A DNA stretch of 64,000 bases from Planctomycetota bacterium. Its GTDB lineage: Bacteria > Planctomycetota > UBA1135 > UBA2386. Under the pieces are notes generated by a model. It worked only from the letters and a program-made list of their open reading frames with translations, did not search any database and was not told the origin of the DNA. The translations under genes were made by a program, and so were the position numbers. Below, piece after piece: positions 52,638 through 61,066 of the stretch (position 1 is the stretch's first letter; each line of letters begins with the position of its first letter). The stretch lies in contig JBCCGH010000003.1 in the NCBI GenBank assembly GCA_039029375.1, forward strand, positions 63,375 through 127,374, given 5' to 3'.

Positions 52638-53258
52638 TCACGGATCCAGCGATACACCGCGCCGCCGCAGCGCCTTGCTGAGCTCCTGGATCGCCTGGCC
52701 GTACATCATCCGCGCCGCGTCCTCGCTCGGCCGACCGGTCTCCCGCGCGACCTCGCTCCACGTGCAGCCCGCGTAGTGCCGCAGCAGCACGAGCTCGCGG
52801 TGCTCGGGCTTGAGGTCGGCCAGACCGAGCTCGACCAGGTCGCGTTCCTCGGCAGCGGCCACGAAGTCGCCGGGTGCCGGCCCGCGGTCGCGCACTGTGG
52901 CCGCCAAGTCCGACTCGGCGTCCGAGCCTTCGCCCGGCGCGCTGCGGCGGCTCCGTTTCGCGGCGTCCGCGCGCCGTGCCAGGTCCGCAACTTGCCGCTC
53001 GGCAAGACACGCGAGCCAATGGATCAGGCTGCCTTCGCCTTCACAGTCAAAGCGATCAAAGCCGCGGACCGCACGGGCGAACGTCTCCTGCAGGACGTCG
53101 CCCGAGTCCATCCACTCGCGCAGCGCCGGGCCCATGCGCGCCCGGACAATCGCGCGCACGCGGTCGTAGTAGCGCTCGACCAATCCGTCGAGCGCGTCGC
53201 GGTCACCAGCCTGCGAGCGACGCAGGAGGTCGAGGGTGGTCTGCAGCGAGGTTGCCAT
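52638..53258 (-). CDS. ECF-type sigma-70 factor
   Basis: The start is ATG 53258 (MATSLQTTLDLLRRSQAGDRDALDGLVERYYDRV). Region 2 reads VLQETFARAVRGFDRF. Region 4 reads ELVLLRHYAGCTWSEVARETGRPSEDAARMMYGQAIQEL. Confidence 0.8.
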   Translation of the reverse strand: MATSLQTTLDLLRRSQAGDRDALDGLVERYYDRVRAIVRARMGPALREWMDSGDVLQETFARAVRGFDRFDCEGEGSLIHWLACLAERQVADLARRADAAKRSRRSAPGEGSDAESDLAATVRDRGPAPGDFVAAAEERDLVELGLADLKPEHRELVLLRHYAGCTWSEVARETGRPSEDAARMMYGQAIQELSKALRRRGVSLDP

Positions 53259-53272
53259 GCCGCCACGCCCGC

Positions 53273-54082
53273 CTACACCCCCGCCTCGCCGGGCCCGCGC
53301 CCGGGCGCCAGCGCGCCGCCCGAGCCCTGCAGAGCTCGGAACAGCAGGCCGAGCTCGTCGGCCAGATCGTCCGCCGTCGTCACCGTTTCGCGCAGATGTC
53401 GCTCGATCGCGACGCGTAGCAGCCCGCGCGCTTCGGTGAGCAACGGGCTCACCGTCGAAGCCGATAAACCGAGCCCTTCGGCCAACTCGGCGATGGAGTG
53501 CCGCTTCGCGCGCTCGCCCGGCTCCGCGGCGATGCCGTAGAACAGCCGCAGCGCCACCCCGCGTCGCGCCCTGGTACGCTCGACCTGATCCAGCGAAAAC
53601 TGCAGCACGGTGTGCGCCCACAGGTGCAGCTCGTGCTCCCCCATCGCGGTGTCCGCCGGTTCCTCGACCAGCGGCGCCGCCCCGTCCACCCGGCTCCCCC
53701 GCAGCCGCTCGCGGGCAAAGTTGCGCACGAACCCCGTCAAGAACGGGCGAAAACGCCGACCGCGATCGGCGGCGGTCAACCGGTCGCGTCGCTCGAACAG
53801 ATAGGTCCAGAATTCACGCGCCGCATCGTCGGCGTCGGGGCAACGCAACAGCCGCAGCAGGTTGCGCACGAACGGCTCATAAGCGCGCGCGAACCACTCC
53901 CACGTCTCGCCAGCTTCACCGGCCGACGAGCTGTCGAGCCGCTCGAGGCGGGACCAACGCGTGGGCAGCGAATCCAAGAACGCTTCTTTTTCGGGCAAGG
54001 TCCGGTGAACGCCGGACAGAGACGGGTGGAGCCGCCGGCGCCGGCCGGAGGGTGGGCGAAGACGGCGCGGCTCCGTGACCAT
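53273..54082 (-). CDS. Sigma-70-family (ECF-like) protein, divergent
   Basis: Region-2-like FRPFLTGFVRNFARERL. Region-4-like HSIAELAEGLGLSASTVSPLLTEARGLL. It lies 14 nt upstream of the sigma at 53258. The start is uncertain. Confidence 0.5.
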   Translation of the reverse strand: MVTEPRRLRPPSGRRRRLHPSLSGVHRTLPEKEAFLDSLPTRWSRLERLDSSSAGEAGETWEWFARAYEPFVRNLLRLLRCPDADDAAREFWTYLFERRDRLTAADRGRRFRPFLTGFVRNFARERLRGSRVDGAAPLVEEPADTAMGEHELHLWAHTVLQFSLDQVERTRARRGVALRLFYGIAAEPGERAKRHSIAELAEGLGLSASTVSPLLTEARGLLRVAIERHLRETVTTADDLADELGLLFRALQGSGGALAPGRGPGEAGV

Positions 54083-54106
54083 TCCCTAAAACCAAGGCAA
54101 CTTAAC

Positions 54107-55225
54107 ATGCATTTGACCTCCCGGGTCATCGTTTCGACGCTGCTCTGCGCGACTGTCGCCAGTGCCCAGGCCCGCGGCCTGTTCCTACTGGACCGCTCCG
54201 GCTCCATGCTCGGCACGCCCTGCACCGAGTCGGCGAATCAGGCTAAGGCCGATATTGCCGCGTTCTTCGCCACGTTCCCCACCGGCTTCGCGACCGTGCG
54301 CGACTTCAACGGCACCACCGGCGTGCAAACGCTGGGCGGGACCACGTGGCACAACAACGCCACCGACGCGCAGAACGCGGTCGACACGGCGTCCGCATGC
54401 AGTGGCTCAACCCCGCTGGCGGACGCGATCTGCGATTCCACGACGGCGCTGCTGGTCGTAGGCGCGGCCGACGACTGCTGGATGTACATCTACAGCGATG
54501 GCGGCGAGAACACGAGCACGATGGCGTGCGCCGGCCCCTGCGCGCAAAACTGGGACACGGGCTCGTGTGATTTGGATCTGTTCGGCGGTGCCGAAGACTA
54601 CTTGCCGGGCGACGCCAGCCTGTTGGGTTGCCCCAGCATCGCCGGCCCCGACCCGTCGTGGCAGCAGAAGTGCTGCGCGGCGATCGACTCGGTCCTGCTC
54701 GGCCCCTGCGACTTCGTGCTCAATGTCTACAAGTTCGGTGCCTTCGCGGAAGTCGCCGCGCCGGACCCCGGCTTCGCCTTCCTCGAATCGGCGTCGCGCG
54801 CCAGTGGTGGCGTCGTCGTGTCGGTGGGCCTCGGCAAGGCCCCGGGCGCCGCGCTCAAGGTCTCCTCGGTCGGTTGTCGCAACTCGAGCGGCCTGCTGCC
54901 CCTGTTGATCCCGACGGGCGTGCCGAAGCTCGGCACCCTCTTCAACATGTCACTGAGCGCCGGCAGACTCGACCGCTACATCGCGCTCGGCGTGAAGGAA
55001 CTGTCGCCCGGCGTCAAGCTCGACCCGTTTGGCGGCACGGGCTGCGTGCTCGCAGTGCAGCCGATGCTGATCTTCCCGCGCGGCCTACTGCCGCTGCCGA
55101 TCCCGTCGAACCCGGCGTTCATCGGCGCCGACCTCCTGTATCAAGGCATCGCCATCGACCCGACGTTCCGCGAGCGGCCGCCGCTCATCACCAGCAACTT
55201 GCTGACCGCCACCATCCAGCGGTGA
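54107..55225 (+). CDS. Secreted von Willebrand factor A-like, Cys-rich protein with the shared C-terminal domain
   Basis: Signal peptide: MHLTSRVIVSTLLCATVASAQA. MIDAS-like motif: LFLLDRSGSM ... YSDGGEN. The C-terminus is ...LPLPIPSNPAFIGADLLYQGIAIDP.... Confidence 0.75.
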   Translation: MHLTSRVIVSTLLCATVASAQARGLFLLDRSGSMLGTPCTESANQAKADIAAFFATFPTGFATVRDFNGTTGVQTLGGTTWHNNATDAQNAVDTASACSGSTPLADAICDSTTALLVVGAADDCWMYIYSDGGENTSTMACAGPCAQNWDTGSCDLDLFGGAEDYLPGDASLLGCPSIAGPDPSWQQKCCAAIDSVLLGPCDFVLNVYKFGAFAEVAAPDPGFAFLESASRASGGVVVSVGLGKAPGAALKVSSVGCRNSSGLLPLLIPTGVPKLGTLFNMSLSAGRLDRYIALGVKELSPGVKLDPFGGTGCVLAVQPMLIFPRGLLPLPIPSNPAFIGADLLYQGIAIDPTFRERPPLITSNLLTATIQR

Positions 55226-55243
55226 GCGACTGGCAACGCCTGC

Positions 55244-55860
55244 CTACTGGCTCGTGTGCCAAGACAACGCGTTGCTGACCCAGAACGTCGCCAGGTCTGG
55301 CTCGACGGCCAGAAACTGACCGAAGTAGGTCTGGCCTAGCGGAAACCGCGACGGGACTTGGAAAGGGACCCGCACCGTGCCGGTCGACGGCACGGTGTAG
55401 GGGCCCATGTTGAGCGCCGGCCGGCCGAGGATGGATCCCGGCAAGAACGGCTGTAGCGGCACGAGCGTCGCGTCATAGGCGAGCACCAACACCGCCAAGC
55501 TGCCGGGCGCCGCATCGAGCTCGAAGTCGATCGTGCCGCCGCGCGCCGAGGTGCCAAGCAGGTCCGCAGCCGCTGGCGTCGCGCCGGGATCGAACGCGTT
55601 GGACGAGCCCGATCTCGCGACGACCGGCTGGCCCGCAGGGCTGCCGGACGAGCTGCCGGCCAACTGCCCACCGCGGAGGTCGGCCGTGGACTGCTCGGAG
55701 AGCACCATCCCATGGCCGCCAGGCAAGCGGGGGTAGCACCCCGACAGCCAGATGCCGCCGTCCCACCCGTGATCATCGTGTTCAACGCGATCAGTGACGA
55801 GCGTCTGGCATGGGCGGCGGCAAGAACGAACGATGCGCACAGCAGCCTGCCGAGGAACAT
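55244..55860 (-). CDS. Small secreted protein consisting mainly of the shared C-terminal domain; the signal peptide is in a different frame (probable 1-nt frameshift)
   Basis: The main frame (55840-55244) ends ...LVLAYDATLVPLQPFLPGSILG...FPLGQTYFGQFLAVEP.... ATG 55860 opens MFLGRLLCASFVLAAAHA in another frame. One extra C near 55805-55812 would join the two as ...AAAHAQTLVTD.... Confidence 0.5.
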
Positions 55861-56025
55861 CACGACCTCGTCGTACCCGGCGCCGCGGCGGGGCGAGGCC
55901 CGCGGCGCGTTCTCCGTGTGTTCACCGAGACGGCCGTGAACGCGACGGGAATCCGGGAAACCTCGGATCACCTTGCCGTCGTGCAAGGGCCGAGCGCCGC
56001 CGGGCGGCGCCCAACGGCGGGCTGA

Positions 56026-57132
56026 CTACTTGAGCTTCTCCCAGTAGTCCTCGGGCATGTCGTGCGCGATCTTCAGCGCACCGTTCGCGCCGCCGTAGAT
56101 CGGCTCCTCGATCCGCATCACCTTGCCGCCGCCGAGGTCCCGCTTCATGCAGTCCTCGATCGCGCGGTCCAGGCCCTTGATCAGCGAGCCACCGCCCGCG
56201 AGCAAGACGCGCTGGCGCAGCCGCTCCTGGAACTCCGGGTCGAACGACGAGATCAGCGTGTTGATGCCGTCGACGATCGGCTGCACCAGGATGTTGCAGG
56301 CGTTGCGGATGTGCTCCGACAGATCAAACTCGGTCGGCTTGCCGTTCACCGGCAGCTCGACCATGCACCGCTCGCCGGCCTCGCCGAGGTACGAGTAGCG
56401 CTCCTTGATGTCCTTGATCATCTGCACGGTGTACTGCGCGCCCGTGCAGTGCTCGGTGATCAGCTTGGCCAGCTCCTTGTCGACCGCATCGCCGGCGGCC
56501 GTCGTGGTGATCTGGTCGGTCTCCTCCGGCATGGTGCCGTGCATCCGGCACAAGTCGGTGGTGCCGGCGCCGATGTCCACGACCAGCACGTCCTCGAGCA
56601 TGTCGAGGCCGTAGGCGACCGCGAACGGCTCACTGCACAACATCACCGAATCGACCGTCTCACGCGCCGCCTCGATGATCGCCTCCTTGTTGCGAATCGA
56701 GGCCTGCGCCGGCGCGCCGATCACGCAGTAGACGAGCTCGTCCTTGCGCGCCTTGGCCATGTCGATCGCCGCGCTAATCAAGTCGCGCGCCGCCTTCACG
56801 TTCCGCTGCGCTTCCGCGTCGGCCGAGCCGTTGTCGCTGTGCTTCAGAACGCCGTGCTGCAGCGGCTGGTAGTAGTCGAGCGATAGACGCTTTTCCATCG
56901 CCTCCTTGCCGTACAGCACATCCTTGCGCAGCAGCTTGCGGCTAACCACGTCCTTGGGATAACCGACGACCGAGAACATCGATTCGCGCACGCCGTTACT
57001 CGCGGAGACCGCGGTGCGCGACGTGCCAAGATCCATACCGATGTAGAGGACGCCGTGATCTTTCTGCGTCGCATCCGGGGCGGTGGCGGGTGCTCCCATG
57101 CCCGAGTCTTCCATGTCTTCCATGTTCTCCAT
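56026..57132 (-). CDS. MamK-like actin-family ATPase
   Basis: GMDLGTSRTAVSASNG; SVVGYPKDVVS; YYQPLQHGVL; VIGAPAQAS; LVVDIGAGTTDLC; VLLAGGGSLIKGLDRAIE; ends ...MPEDYWEKLK. It is collinear with MamK as I remember it. A GGGAGA RBS lies 8 nt upstream. Confidence 0.8.
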   Translation of the reverse strand: MENMEDMEDSGMGAPATAPDATQKDHGVLYIGMDLGTSRTAVSASNGVRESMFSVVGYPKDVVSRKLLRKDVLYGKEAMEKRLSLDYYQPLQHGVLKHSDNGSADAEAQRNVKAARDLISAAIDMAKARKDELVYCVIGAPAQASIRNKEAIIEAARETVDSVMLCSEPFAVAYGLDMLEDVLVVDIGAGTTDLCRMHGTMPEETDQITTTAAGDAVDKELAKLITEHCTGAQYTVQMIKDIKERYSYLGEAGERCMVELPVNGKPTEFDLSEHIRNACNILVQPIVDGINTLISSFDPEFQERLRQRVLLAGGGSLIKGLDRAIEDCMKRDLGGGKVMRIEEPIYGGANGALKIAHDMPEDYWEKLK

Positions 57133-57194
57133 GGTTCTAGGTCTCCCTCAACGCTTGCTTTCTTGAGTTCTACTGACGGGCCACCCACCTGAGT

Positions 57195-57998
57195 TCACGA
57201 AGGCGCCGCCTCCGTCTCGCCCTTTTGGAGCGCCAAATTCGCCTTGAAGAGGTCAGACATCAGCTCCCGCTTCCGCTCGACGTGGCCGTCGCCTTCGTCC
57301 AAACCTTGGACGTCGCGGTAAATCGAGGAGATGCCGGGGTCGACGTCCTTCAGGCTCGCCACCTGGACCAGCTTCTTCTCGGTGGTGGCCAACGAGCTGG
57401 TGAGCTTGGCGATGCGCCGCTGGAGGCGTTCAACCTCGCTGTCTTGCGCCGCCGTGTGGGCCTCCATCGTCGCCTTGCGCTGGTTGCCGACCAGGTCCAT
57501 GACCAGCGCCAGCGTCTGCTCGCGCAGGGTTGGCAGGTCGGCGCTATCGGAGTTGGCGAGCTCGGTGAAGAGCTCCTGGACGCGCATGGCGATCTCGACG
57601 TTCTCGCCCTCGTGCTGGGCCCGAAAATCCAGCTCGCCTTCGGCCAAGCGCTCGCGCAGCGCCTGCTTCTGCTCCTCGAGCTCGCGACGCATCGTGTCGA
57701 GCTCGCCCTCGACCGCTTGCTTCTGCTTGAGCGCCTCGTCGCGCGAACGCACCAGCTCCTTGTTGCTCTTCAGCAGCCGCAGGAACTCCTCGGTGGTCTC
57801 GCCGGCAATCTGGGCACGGTCCAGCCCCATGAGCTTGTGCCGCAGGCTGCGGTGAACCGCCTCCTCCATGAGCGCCACGATGCGGTCCAGGCCAACGACG
57901 CGAACGTTGTTGACGCCGCGCTTCTTCAGCTGGTCGACCGAAGTGCTGTAGGCGAGCTTCTTGACCGTCTCGCGCAGGCTCTTGCCGATCGTACCCAT
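57195..57998 (-). CDS. Coiled-coil protein of unknown function
   Basis: A 267-aa protein with long heptad-like stretches (EALKQKQAVEGELDTMRRELEEQKQALRERLAEGE; EVERLQRRIAKLTSSLATTEKKLVQV). The ATG directly abuts the stop of the upstream ATPase gene. Confidence 0.7.
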   Translation of the reverse strand: MGTIGKSLRETVKKLAYSTSVDQLKKRGVNNVRVVGLDRIVALMEEAVHRSLRHKLMGLDRAQIAGETTEEFLRLLKSNKELVRSRDEALKQKQAVEGELDTMRRELEEQKQALRERLAEGELDFRAQHEGENVEIAMRVQELFTELANSDSADLPTLREQTLALVMDLVGNQRKATMEAHTAAQDSEVERLQRRIAKLTSSLATTEKKLVQVASLKDVDPGISSIYRDVQGLDEGDGHVERKRELMSDLFKANLALQKGETEAAPS

Positions 57999-58763
57999 CT
58001 AGAAGTCCTCTTCGCTGGCGAACCGAGGGTCGACGTCCGGGTTCAGGCCGCGCACCTCGGTGACAAACGTGCCGAGCACGTTGGCGCCGAGGTCACTCAG
58101 ATTCTTGATCGCCTCTCGCGTTAGCGACTTCGACGAATGCTCGAGCCGAACCACCACCAAACTGCCGTCGGCCCGCGCGGCCATCACGCTGGCATCGGTC
58201 GCGGGTAGGGCAGGGGGGGTGTCGACGATCACGTACTGGAAGCGCTCCTTGAGACGGGCGAACAGCTCCTCGATCCGAGGCGCGGTGATCAGCTCAGAGG
58301 GGCCGGTCAGCCGCGTTCCCGCCCCCATGATGGAGAGGTTGCGCAGCCCCGACTCCCGGATCGCCCGCTCCAGCCCGACGCGTCCCAACAGAACGTCGGA
58401 CAACCCGGCCTCAGGGTTGAGGTTCAAGTGATTCTCCACGGAGGGCGCCCGCAGGTCGCCATCGACGAGGAGAGCCGGCATGCGCTCCAGCTCGGCGAAC
58501 GCCAACGCCAGGTTGATGGCGGTGATCGTCTTCCCCTCGTTGCGAATCGCCGAGGTGATCACGAGGCTCTTGGAGGCGCCGTCGGGGTTCATCGCCTCGA
58601 GCTTGTTCCGGAGGCTGCGGAACTGCTCGGCGCGGAAACCGGCGGGATCGTGCACCATGACCACGAACGGGTGCACGGCACGGTCCACCACGAGGAGCAT
58701 GTCCTCGCTGACCTGGACTTCGACCTGCTCGTCGTCGGGTTTGCGCGACCGGAATACCGGCAT
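57999..58763 (-). CDS. BY-kinase-like (CpsD/Wzc catalytic-domain type) P-loop ATPase lacking a C-terminal Tyr cluster
   Basis: Walker A is VITSAIRNEGKT, Walker A' is ALLVDGDLRAPS and Walker B is YVIVDTPP. The C-terminus ...GLNPDVDPRFASEEDF has no tyrosines. There is no TM segment. Confidence 0.8.
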   Translation of the reverse strand: MPVFRSRKPDDEQVEVQVSEDMLLVVDRAVHPFVVMVHDPAGFRAEQFRSLRNKLEAMNPDGASKSLVITSAIRNEGKTITAINLALAFAELERMPALLVDGDLRAPSVENHLNLNPEAGLSDVLLGRVGLERAIRESGLRNLSIMGAGTRLTGPSELITAPRIEELFARLKERFQYVIVDTPPALPATDASVMAARADGSLVVVRLEHSSKSLTREAIKNLSDLGANVLGTFVTEVRGLNPDVDPRFASEEDF

Positions 58764-59111
58764 GAAAAGCGACCTCGGGGCGCCTGACCCCGGTCAAGGT
58801 ATCGGAACAAACCGGGCCCGAGCCCCTGCCGTGGGGCCCAAAAGGCGGGGGAGCGTGGCGATGGCGCGGCCGGAGTGCGGCCGTGTGGCCCACCCAAACC
58901 ACCGTTCCGACCCCAACTCTTACCGGGCCGCGGCGGCTAGCGCAACCGGGTCAGGCGCACGCAGGCCCCTTGCCGAGGCGGACTTGGCGCCGTCCGGGGG
59001 TCCCCGACCGACGGCTCAGGGGGCCCCCCGACGCCAGGCCGCCTGCGACCGCAGAGGGCGGTCCGACAACCGCTTCCTGGGCCCTGGTTGCCGAGGTGGC
59101 AGGCCGCGCGA

Positions 59112-59145
59112 AAGCGGTGGTTTTTGTCGCGGCACCGTACGGCCG
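59112..59145. repeat. Partial copy of inverted-repeat element B (right-arm orientation)
   Basis: cggtggtttttgtcgcggcaccgtacggccg matches 15761-15791 with 1 mismatch. Confidence 0.8.
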
Positions 59146-59169
59146 TTTCCGAATTCGGGATCGACGCCG

Positions 59170-59180
59170 CCCCCCCCCCC
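59170..59180. repeat. Poly-C homopolymer (11 nt) in a divergent intergenic region
   Basis: The tract c(11) lies between the start of the ATPase/coiled-coil/actin operon (58763, minus strand) and GTG 59204 (plus strand). Confidence 0.9.
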
Positions 59181-59203
59181 TCAACCGATCCAAGGAAACT
59201 CCA

Positions 59204-60637
59204 GTGAAGCGCTGGTTGCCCCGGTTCCCTGCACGCAGTGCGCGCGTCTCGGCGACGGTCGCGTCGGCCTTGCTGCTCGGCGTCGTCGCCGTCGCGCAAG
59301 ACCCTCCGCTGCGCACGATCCCGAACTTGGTCATGCGGCCCCAGCTCGGCCACCCCAAGTACCGACTCGTGTGGGTACGCAGTGGGTACAGCGGAACAGA
59401 GAACAGCGTCCCGTCGCCGCACCGCACGAGCGAGAGGTCTATGAGCGGCCACGCGCCGCTCGCACGAACCAACGCCTACAATGCCGCCATGCCCCACCGT
59501 GTTTGCAGCTCTCTCATCGCGCTGCTGACCGCAGCAACGGCCCACGCACAGACGACCTGGATCGTCGCCGAGGGCGGCGGTCCCGGCGTCGAGTTCCGCC
59601 GCATCCAGGACGCGCTGGACGAGGCAGCGGACGGCGACACCATTGTGGTCCGCGCGGGGAGCTACCCCGAGTTCAGGCTCAGCACGAGCAAGGGCGTCCT
59701 GATTGCCGGCGAACCCGGCGCCATCGTTGGCACCGCGGGTGGTGTGTTCTTCGAGGTCACCGATCTCGTCGCGGGCCGCACGTTCTCGATGCGCAACCTC
59801 TCCTTTACCGCCGGCGCCACGCAGATCCTGTTCCAGGACTGCGCCGGACAGGTCTACGTGGAGAAGGTCGACGTCTTCCAAGCCACGGTGTCGAACTCGT
59901 TCGCCATCAACAACTGCGCGCAGATCTCGCTGACCCAAGTCGCCACGACCGGGCTGCCCGCCATGAGGGTGACCAACAGCAAGGTAGTCTTCGCCGACTG
60001 CCGAATCCGGGCGACGCCGTGGCTCACGACCTTCCCCGCCCTCACCGTCACCAACTCCGAGACGACCATGGTCGACGGCCTCTTTGCCGGCGGCTCCTCG
60101 TCCTTTGCCACGCCCCCAGCGGCGGCGATCCACATGAGCGGCGGCACCCTGACGCTGGCGGGTCGCAACACCTCGGTGACGGCCGGATCGCCGGGCACAC
60201 CGACGCCCACGCCAGCCGTGCTTGCCACCGGTGGCGAGGTGTTCATCGATCCAGCGGTGACCCTGGTGAGCCAGGGCGGTGCGGCGCCGATCAGCGGCGG
60301 TGCCGCAGTCACCAGGGGGCCGATCGCCTCGGTGCGCGCGGATGGACTCCAGTCGCAGGGGACGTGGCAGCTCGACCTCCACGCCCCGACGGGCAGCCCC
60401 TTCTGCCTGTTCGCCAGCCTGCCGCGCCCGGCGCTCGCGAGCCCTTGGGGCGCGGTCTGGTTTGACCTGAGGCTGCACGCCGTGCTGGCCTGCGGCGCGG
60501 TCGGGCCGAACGACCAGTTCCAGATGTCGGTGCCCCTGCCGATGCTGCCGCGGGCCGTGCCCCTCGTCGCGCAGGCGGCCGTCGTCACGCCGGTCGGGCC
60601 GCAGATCTCAACGCCATCGGTCGACATCGTCGAGTAG
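59204..60637 (+). CDS. Secreted parallel-beta-helix-like protein with the shared C-terminal domain (paralog 2 of 3), with an N-terminal extension
   Basis: The paralog-equivalent start is ATG 59489 (MPHRVCSSLIALLTAATAHAQTTWIVAEGGGPGVEF...GDTIVVRAGSY). However, 59204-59488 is open in the same frame and has high third-position GC. An AAGGA RBS precedes GTG 59204. The extension carries its own signal-like VKRWLPRFPARSARVSATVASALLLGVVAVAQ. Confidence 0.65.
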   Translation: MKRWLPRFPARSARVSATVASALLLGVVAVAQDPPLRTIPNLVMRPQLGHPKYRLVWVRSGYSGTENSVPSPHRTSERSMSGHAPLARTNAYNAAMPHRVCSSLIALLTAATAHAQTTWIVAEGGGPGVEFRRIQDALDEAADGDTIVVRAGSYPEFRLSTSKGVLIAGEPGAIVGTAGGVFFEVTDLVAGRTFSMRNLSFTAGATQILFQDCAGQVYVEKVDVFQATVSNSFAINNCAQISLTQVATTGLPAMRVTNSKVVFADCRIRATPWLTTFPALTVTNSETTMVDGLFAGGSSSFATPPAAAIHMSGGTLTLAGRNTSVTAGSPGTPTPTPAVLATGGEVFIDPAVTLVSQGGAAPISGGAAVTRGPIASVRADGLQSQGTWQLDLHAPTGSPFCLFASLPRPALASPWGAVWFDLRLHAVLACGAVGPNDQFQMSVPLPMLPRAVPLVAQAAVVTPVGPQISTPSVDIVE

Positions 60638-60733
60638 CGCGCCGATCCACGGCAGTCGTCGCAACATCGTGACCCGTCAATTTGTCGACGCTCCGCGCGA
60701 CAGGAAACACCGGCCATCGCCTACGATCCGCGC

Positions 60734-61063
60734 GTGAACCGTCAGAAGCGAGCGATGCGTCGATCCCTACCGTCCCTCATGGCTTTGGGCCTCGTGAGTC
60801 TGGGCCTCTTCACGCTGCCCAGCTGCGTCTTCACCAACACCGTCATCCCCCTCGATACCGACGTGCAGAGCACGGATCTCGGCACCAAGGTCGGCGAGGC
60901 CAGCAACCAAAGCGTCGCCTGGCTCGTGGCGTGGGGTGATGGCGGCATGCAGGCGGCGGCCAAGGAAGGCGGCATCACGACAATGAAGCACGCCGACCTG
61001 CGCGTGCTCAACGTGCTGTTCGGGCTCTACACCCGCACCACCACGATCGTGTACGGAAACTAG
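60734..61063 (+). CDS. TRL-like small lipoprotein
   Basis: Lipobox: GLFTLPSC. The C-terminus ...GGITTMKHADLRVLNVLFGLYTRTTTIVYGN is typical of the TRL-like family as I recall it. Confidence 0.6.
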   Translation: MNRQKRAMRRSLPSLMALGLVSLGLFTLPSCVFTNTVIPLDTDVQSTDLGTKVGEASNQSVAWLVAWGDGGMQAAAKEGGITTMKHADLRVLNVLFGLYTRTTTIVYGN

Positions 61064-61066
61064 GCC

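Noticed and set aside
56026-57132. The MamK-like gene as evidence of a magnetosome island.
   Set aside because: No other mam or mms-type genes occur within 64 kb. The neighbours are a P-loop ATPase, a coiled-coil protein and secreted proteins.
59393-59415. An ECF-type promoter-like GGAAC ... CGTC upstream of ATG 59489.
   Set aside because: The spacing is 14 nt rather than the usual 16-17. The region also shows coding-like codon bias in frame with the downstream gene.
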